DNA of 64,000 nt from Candidatus Sysuimicrobium tengchongense (GTDB taxonomy: Bacteria > Sysuimicrobiota > Sysuimicrobiia > Sysuimicrobiales > Sysuimicrobiaceae), in contig JAVKGW010000004.1 in the NCBI GenBank assembly GCA_031460175.1, forward strand, positions 59,303-123,302, read 5' to 3'. The position numbers were made by a program, and so were the translations under genes. A model generated the notes under the pieces. It saw only the letters and a list, made by a program, of their open reading frames with translations. It did not search any database and had not been told where the DNA came from. This document shows positions 58,481 to 64,000 of the stretch, piece by piece. The stretch's first letter is position 1. Every line of letters starts with the position of its first letter.

Positions 58481-59560
58481 TCAGGGGCGGGCGGACCGGA
58501 CGAACCGGTGCAGGCGGCGGAGGGCCTCGAGGCGCTCGGTTTCTCCCGTACGGGCACGGCGCAGGGCGTCTTCCAGCACGGCCACGGTGCGGTCGTAGGT
58601 GGGCCGATCCACGGGATAGGGATGGCCGTCCTTTCCGCCGTGGGCGAAGCTGTAGCGGGCCGGATCCCGCCACGAGAGCGGGGTGCCTGCCAGGAGCTCC
58701 GAGAGCAGCGCGAGGGCCCGCAGGGTCTTTGCCCCGAGACCCGGGATCTCCAGAAGGCGCTCGAAGTCCGGAGCCTGAGCCTCGTACGTGCGGAGGAGGA
58801 CGGTGCGCAGTCGTCGGGGGTGGACATCTTCCGGCCGCAGCGCGTGGCGTGCAGGCATCGCCAGAACCCGCGGGAACTCCCGCAAGATCCGCTCTGGGTT
58901 CGCCCGGGCCAGGTCTGCCACCGCCTCCCGGACGGGCTGGGCCTCCTCGGCCACCAGGTTGAGGGTAGGGGTTTGCACATCGCAGCACACCGCGGCGTGG
59001 GGCTCGCACACGAATGACCGGACCGTCTCGCCCAGCCAGTGATACCGCCGGGCGGTGCGGTCTTGAGGGCGCATCCCCTGCTGGATGACGGCCCAGGACC
59101 CATCCAGCGTGGCAAAGAGGGTGTGGTGGTAGAGCTCGTAGCCGTCCTGGACCGCACTGCTGTCCACCTTGGCAGAAAGGCGGCTGCAGCGGGTCAAGAC
59201 GTCCCCGTCCACCCCCAACCGGTCGCCGTAGTGCCGCACTTCCTGCGGGGTGGCCCGGGCGGCTCGTCCCTTGCCCCCGGCCACGAGGAGCCCCAGGTCC
59301 TTCTCCGCGCCCCGCACCGCTTCCTTGAGGGCCCCGCACACGGTGGTGGTGAGGCCGCTGCTGTGCCAGTCGAAGCCCAGTAGACACCCGAAGGCCTGAA
59401 ACCAGAACGGATCGCTGAGCCGGCGCAGCACCCCCCGGGGGCCGATGTCCTCCACCAGGGCCGCAAGCACCGCCCGGCCGAGCCGCACCATGCGCGCGAA
59501 CAGCCACCGGGGGACGGAGCCGGAGTGGAGGGGGAGGATCGCGGTCCCGGTCCGGCGCAC
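58481..59560 (-). CDS. Conserved hypothetical protein with an HhH-like motif (possibly DUF763 family; recalled, not verified)
   Basis: The ORF is 359 aa and contains LLEIPGLGAKTLRALALLSELL. It lies immediately upstream of the nuclease and is co-directional with it. Confidence 0.5.
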   Translation of the reverse strand: MRRTGTAILPLHSGSVPRWLFARMVRLGRAVLAALVEDIGPRGVLRRLSDPFWFQAFGCLLGFDWHSSGLTTTVCGALKEAVRGAEKDLGLLVAGGKGRAARATPQEVRHYGDRLGVDGDVLTRCSRLSAKVDSSAVQDGYELYHHTLFATLDGSWAVIQQGMRPQDRTARRYHWLGETVRSFVCEPHAAVCCDVQTPTLNLVAEEAQPVREAVADLARANPERILREFPRVLAMPARHALRPEDVHPRRLRTVLLRTYEAQAPDFERLLEIPGLGAKTLRALALLSELLAGTPLSWRDPARYSFAHGGKDGHPYPVDRPTYDRTVAVLEDALRRARTGETERLEALRRLHRFVRSARP

Positions 59561-59581
59561 GCCTCTACCTCCGGGCCCAGT

Positions 59582-60640
59582 TTAGCGGGTGCCGGCAAGT
59601 CCCCGTAGGCGGAGGATCCGGAAGGCGTTTCCCGAGAAGATCTGCCGTTTCTTCTCCGGGGGGATGGGCAGGGCGTCCACCGCGCGGATGGCCTCTTCCA
59701 GGTAGGCCCAGCCCTCCTCCGGACCGAAGGGCATATCAGACCCGAACAGCAGACGATCCTCCCCGAAAAACGAGAGGGCACATGCGAGGGCGGGAGCGTT
59801 TCCAAACAGCGCCGTGTCCGCGTAGAACATCCGGAGATCCCCCCAGACCGGCCGCCGCAGCCCCTCCCATGCGGCGAGGTCCCCGGAGTGAAGCACCGCT
59901 CGCTCTAGCCCGCTGCGGGGCCCAAGACGGCCGGCCACGTAGGGCAGGACCCCACCCGCATGGTGCGTGATGATCTTCAGGCTGGGGAACCGGTCGAAGA
60001 TCCCGGAGAAGGCCAGGCGAACCATGAAGGCCGCGGTTTCGTACGGCCAACCCAAGGCCCACCAGATCCCAACCCTCGAGCGTCCCTCCGTGGGATAGTC
60101 CGCGGCCGCCGGTCCCCGGGTGGGGTGGACCCAGATGGGGAGGTCGTAGGCGGCCATGCGCTCAAAGAGGGGCAGGAACTCCGGTCGGTCCAGGGGCTTT
60201 CCGAGCACGTTGGTGAAGATCTGGATCCCGGTGGCGCCCAGCTCCTCCACCGCCCGCTCCGCCTCCCGCACCGCGGCCTCCACGTCGTCCAGGGGCAGGG
60301 AGGCCACGAAGCCCGCGAACCGGTCGGGATAGCGATCTACCAACCGTGCCATCTCATCGTTCGCAAGCCGAGCCAGCTCCGCTGCCTGCACCCCCCGAGC
60401 GAGAACCTCGATGGGAGGGCTTGCCAAGCACAGGACCTGTACATAGGGGTGGACGCGGTCCATGAGCCGGAACCGGGTATCCAGATCCACGAGGGGCGCC
60501 ACGTGGCGGACGGGAGGCTGAAAGGCTCCGGAACCCCCACCTTCTCCGAGAATCCTGGCGACACGGCGGTAGAAGGCTTCCGGGTAGATGTGGCTGAAGA
60601 TGTCCACCTTCAGCGTCCCCGGCGCGCTCTCCCCGTCCAT
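59582..60640 (-). CDS. Amidohydrolase-2 family protein (ACMSD/LigW-like metal-dependent decarboxylase or hydrolase)
   Basis: The ATG at 60640 gives MDGESAPGTLKVDIFSHIYPEAF... The translation contains the HHAGG block. The upstream 500 aa of ORF 59582..62188 are artefactual. Confidence 0.75.
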   Translation of the reverse strand: MDGESAPGTLKVDIFSHIYPEAFYRRVARILGEGGGSGAFQPPVRHVAPLVDLDTRFRLMDRVHPYVQVLCLASPPIEVLARGVQAAELARLANDEMARLVDRYPDRFAGFVASLPLDDVEAAVREAERAVEELGATGIQIFTNVLGKPLDRPEFLPLFERMAAYDLPIWVHPTRGPAAADYPTEGRSRVGIWWALGWPYETAAFMVRLAFSGIFDRFPSLKIITHHAGGVLPYVAGRLGPRSGLERAVLHSGDLAAWEGLRRPVWGDLRMFYADTALFGNAPALACALSFFGEDRLLFGSDMPFGPEEGWAYLEEAIRAVDALPIPPEKKRQIFSGNAFRILRLRGLAGTR

Positions 60641-62412
60641 CCGGATCCTCCCCAACGGCCCGCGGCGTACACCGTGGCCAGCAAGATTCCCACCACCAAC
60701 AGTCCCAGGGCGCTTGCCTCGCCCATGCGCCCGGCGTCGTACAGCTGCCAGATGCGCACACCCGCCACCACGCTCTCCGGCTGATACAGCAGCAGGGCCA
60801 GGGTGCTCTCCCGGTAGTGGGCCACGAAGTGCAGCAGCCACCCCCCGAGGATTCCCGGCAGGATCACGGGGATCAGCACCCGCCGCAGGACCGCGGTCCC
60901 GCTTGCCCCGTAGACCCAGGCTGCCTCTTCCAGCTCCCGACTCACCTGCATCACCGCGGCCCGGGCCGAGCGGCTCACGATCCCCGTGCGGGCCGCGTAC
61001 ACGAGCCCCAGCATCCACACCGTCCCGTACACCCCGTGCCCCACCCAGAGGTACAGAAGCATGGCGGCCAGCCCGAGGACCACGGAGGGAAGGGTGACGG
61101 AGGAGAGCAGCACGTAATCCATGCCGCTCCACACCCGGCCTCCCCGGCGCACATCGAGCCACGCCACCACCACCCCCAACCCCATGGCCAGGGTGGCCCC
61201 GAGCCCGCTCGCCAGGGCACTGTTCCCCAGGGCCCTCCAGGTGGTCTCCTCCCTCAGCACCTGCATCCAGGCCCCCGGATCCCACCGCCCCAGCCGTTGG
61301 AAACCGGTGCTGAAGGCCTCCGGGAAGCCACTCATGACGCCGAGAAGAACGATGGGGCCGAGGGCGAGGAGGGCGGCGAGGATCGTCAGGTATGCAAGGC
61401 CCAGGGCTTGCCCCACCGGCCCCAACTGCACCCCGCCCCCCTGAAATCCCTTGCCCCCGATGGTGGTGTACCGCTCGCTCGCACCCATCCACCGTCTGAG
61501 CCCGGCGAGCGCCGCAAACCCCAGGATCAGTCCCGGAACCGCGAGGGCCGCCACCTTCCCGTACTCCGGCAGGGCGGAGATGGAGTGCACGGCGAAGTAC
61601 AGGGTGCTGCTGTATACCCGGATTCCCGCGGGTGCCCCGAGCAGCAGCGGGATCTCGAAGCTCTCTAGGGCGATGAGGGCGGAGAGGATCCCGGCGGCGC
61701 CGATGGCCGGGCGGAGGAGGGGCCAGACGACCCGCCTCAAGGTCGCTGGCACGGTGGCGCCGGAAACCCAAGCGGCTTCTTCCAGCCGCAGATCCAGTCC
61801 CCGGAGGGCCCCGGAGATGAGGATGAACGTGAGGGGTGCTAGGCCAAGCCCCTGGGCCAGCACCATGCCCGGCATGCTGAAGGCATTGAGGAGGCCTCCC
61901 GAAATCCCCAGCCTCCGGAAGAGCACGTTCACGAGCCCGGTTCCCGGCGCGAACAGGAGGATCCAGCTGATGCTGTGCACCACGGGCGGGACCATGAGGG
62001 GAGCCACCATCAAGGCATAAAAGGCCCGCCGGCCGGGCACGTCCGAGCGCTCCACGAGCCACGCGGCGCTCCCCCCGGCCAGGAGGGCCACGCCCGTGGC
62101 ACCCACCACGTACACGAGGGTGTGCCCGAGCATCCGGCCGTAGGCGGGACCACCACCCAGCAGCTCCTGGTAGTTCCCTAGACCCCACCGGGCCGCCCGC
62201 TCGAAGGGCAGGAGGTTACTGCCCACCCGCAGGCTGCTCAGGACCAGGGTCAATAGCGGCATGAGGAGGAGCCACCCGGCCGCGAGGAGGACGAGGGCCT
62301 CAAAGGACCTCCGGCCGAGCACCTCCGTGAACGTCTTCGCCCGGGCCGGCCAGCTCAGTCCGGAAACCGGTTCCTCGCGGGCTTGGATCCTCAGCTGCAC
62401 TTCCTGCCCCAC
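60610..62412 (-). CDS. Iron(III)/thiamine-type ABC transporter permease (fused double permease, 12 TM)
   Basis: The translation contains two EAA-loop permease modules. Confidence 0.8.
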   Translation of the reverse strand: MGQEVQLRIQAREEPVSGLSWPARAKTFTEVLGRRSFEALVLLAAGWLLLMPLLTLVLSSLRVGSNLLPFERAARWGLGNYQELLGGGPAYGRMLGHTLVYVVGATGVALLAGGSAAWLVERSDVPGRRAFYALMVAPLMVPPVVHSISWILLFAPGTGLVNVLFRRLGISGGLLNAFSMPGMVLAQGLGLAPLTFILISGALRGLDLRLEEAAWVSGATVPATLRRVVWPLLRPAIGAAGILSALIALESFEIPLLLGAPAGIRVYSSTLYFAVHSISALPEYGKVAALAVPGLILGFAALAGLRRWMGASERYTTIGGKGFQGGGVQLGPVGQALGLAYLTILAALLALGPIVLLGVMSGFPEAFSTGFQRLGRWDPGAWMQVLREETTWRALGNSALASGLGATLAMGLGVVVAWLDVRRGGRVWSGMDYVLLSSVTLPSVVLGLAAMLLYLWVGHGVYGTVWMLGLVYAARTGIVSRSARAAVMQVSRELEEAAWVYGASGTAVLRRVLIPVILPGILGGWLLHFVAHYRESTLALLLYQPESVVAGVRIWQLYDAGRMGEASALGLLVVGILLATVYAAGRWGGSGWTGRARRGR

Positions 62413-62419
62413 GGCCGGA

Positions 62420-63448
62420 TCATCGCTCTTCCCCGAGGACGATCCGGCGGATCCGCTCGAAGAGCTCTACCCGGCGCAGGGCGCGCCGTTCATCCTCCAG
62501 GACGATGCGGATGCCGCGCTGGTCGTAGCGCTTGCGGATGAAGGTGCCGCTTCCCGGCGCCACGTCCCAGAAGCCCTCCCGCTCCAGGGCGGCCCGGCCC
62601 TCCCGGGTCATGTACCAGATGGCGAACAGCCGCGCGGCCTCCGGGTGGGGCGCCCCCTGGAGGATGGCCAGGGCGAACTGGGAGGCGTACGTCACGGGCC
62701 CCACGGGAGCCCACTCGAGGGCTACCCCTGCCATCTTCCGCTGCTCCACCTGGTGGGCGAAGGCGCCCACCCAGAGATCCCGATCCCCGCGCAGGACCAG
62801 CTGCTCCACCGCGGTGGGCTGCGGCACCACCGCGAGCCCCATCTCCCGCAGACGGCGGGCGTACTGGAAGGCCCACTCCTCTCCCCGGAGGACCCCGAGC
62901 CCCGCGATCCAGTTCCCCACCGCGATGGCGTCCCCGACCAAGCGGTTCCGCCACCGCTCCTGAAGGAGGTCCTCCCAGGTGCGCGGGACTTCCTCCGCCC
63001 GGATCCGTCCCGGCCGGTACGCCACCGCGTACACCCCGCTGATGAATCGCAGCCCGTACCCGTCCAGGGTAAGCACCCCCACGGGCACCCCGTGCGGCGC
63101 CAGGTCCTCCCGGGCCACGTAGGGACGCAGAAGTCCCCGGCCGCGCACCAGGCTCAGTCCCGGCAGGCTCCAGAGGAGCACGTCGTAGTTCCGTCTCCCC
63201 GCAAGGGCCTCCGCCACCACCCGGCTTGGCGCGTTCGGATCCAGCACGAGCTGCACGCGGACCCCGGGATTGCCCTCCTCGAACCGAAGCCGGAGGGGTT
63301 CCCCGAGCTGGGAGACGCTGGTGAGGAACACCACGGTCCCTTCCCTCCGGGCCCGCTCCCGGAGCTCCGGGAGCGGGGCTGCTCCCTGAACCGCCGCTGC
63401 CCACCCCAGGAGACACACACCAACCAGCAGGCCCAGCCACTTCCGCAT
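62420..63448 (-). CDS. Iron(III)-type ABC transporter substrate-binding protein
   Basis: A signal peptide MRKWLGLLVGVCLLGWAAAVQG is followed by a periplasmic-binding fold. Confidence 0.8.
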   Translation of the reverse strand: MRKWLGLLVGVCLLGWAAAVQGAAPLPELRERARREGTVVFLTSVSQLGEPLRLRFEEGNPGVRVQLVLDPNAPSRVVAEALAGRRNYDVLLWSLPGLSLVRGRGLLRPYVAREDLAPHGVPVGVLTLDGYGLRFISGVYAVAYRPGRIRAEEVPRTWEDLLQERWRNRLVGDAIAVGNWIAGLGVLRGEEWAFQYARRLREMGLAVVPQPTAVEQLVLRGDRDLWVGAFAHQVEQRKMAGVALEWAPVGPVTYASQFALAILQGAPHPEAARLFAIWYMTREGRAALEREGFWDVAPGSGTFIRKRYDQRGIRIVLEDERRALRRVELFERIRRIVLGEER

Positions 63449-63482
63449 CGCCGATCTCTCCCTCCCTCGGACTCCGGAATTC

Positions 63483-63959
63483 TTACGGTACCGGGACCTT
63501 CCGTCCCGTCACTGGGTGCGGGTAGTGGAAGGGGACCACGTAGGGCTCCGGCCACATCCGGGGCGGATCCGCCATGAGCTCGTCAGGGCCGTGGGGATCC
63601 TCGGGATAGGTCTTGGTGAACACGAACACGGGAGGATCCGGCCACTGCGCCCAGCCCCGCTCGTAGTTCGCGATCCAGTACGGCCGATAGTCCAGCACCT
63701 TGATCTTCCAGATCCCGTTCTCCCTCACGTACTCGTTCTCGTATACCCCACCCTCCCACCACTGCCGCCGCACCTGCTCCGCCCGACCGGGCGGGGTGCT
63801 CTCGTGTCGTCCGCCCTGCAGAAAGCACCGGAACCTTCCCCAGGCCCGGCCCGCCTCCACGTCCACGTCGATCACGTCCTGCACGATGATGTGGTCCAGC
63901 AGCACCCCGTACTGCGGCCCGTTGCTCCCGCCCCCGAACCGCTCCCGGAACCGTCCCAA
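63483..63959 (-). CDS. Hypothetical protein, possibly NTF2/SnoaL-like; the frame stays open to the window end, so the true start may lie beyond 64000
   Basis: The frame is open from 63483 through 64000 on the minus strand. The ATG at 63959 is the only in-window start. Confidence 0.4.
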   Translation of the reverse strand: MGRFRERFGGGSNGPQYGVLLDHIIVQDVIDVDVEAGRAWGRFRCFLQGGRHESTPPGRAEQVRRQWWEGGVYENEYVRENGIWKIKVLDYRPYWIANYERGWAQWPDPPVFVFTKTYPEDPHGPDELMADPPRMWPEPYVVPFHYPHPVTGRKVPVP

Positions 63960-64000
63960 GTAGAGCCTCCGTGCCCCTTCCTTGCCCAGGAACCGGCCGC

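Overview
This is a high-GC (about 69-70%) bacterial chromosomal window with tight gene packing, frequent ATGA/GTGA start-stop overlaps and a probable leaderless promoter. The protein similarities are reminiscent of Deinococcus-Thermus (Thermus-like) genomes; that is inference only. I call about 65 protein genes and three tRNAs on the minus strand (Thr-UGU, Ala-CGC, Pro-UGG). I see no rRNA, no CRISPR array and no transposase or integrase.

Gene content, start to end:
- A nanE-led sugar locus with a CUT1 ABC transporter, an FAD oxidoreductase, a large uncharacterised protein and a ROK kinase.
- A coiled-coil hypothetical protein carrying in-frame 63-bp tandem repeats, next to tRNA-Thr.
- A four-gene, translationally coupled Mn/Zn/Fe-type ABC uptake operon. 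It has two DtxR-family domains, one fused to the permease, and a palindromic operator over a perfect TATAAT. A CDF exporter gene lies alongside.
- ftsE-ftsX-M23(envC-like), cutA, hpt, clpC, greA, coaX, birA-folB-folP, ruvCAB, yebC and a PBP1A gene.
- A glycan locus of GH130 plus three GT4 glycosyltransferases.
- A livKHMGF-like operon, rdgB-rph, an amidase and dps.
- A final minus-strand run: Fe(III)-type ABC transporter, amidohydrolase-2, a DUF763-like protein and a RecB/Cas4-like nuclease.

The best candidates for undescribed biology are the nuclease/DUF763 pair, the permease-DtxR fusion, the nanE-associated oxidoreductase/large-protein pair, the AAR-like reductase pair and the repeat-containing protein. 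Many ORF-track entries are long GC-driven artefacts, and true starts were re-picked where a recognisable N-terminus, RBS or coupling overlap allowed. All family assignments are from reading the translations by eye; no profile search or similarity search was run.
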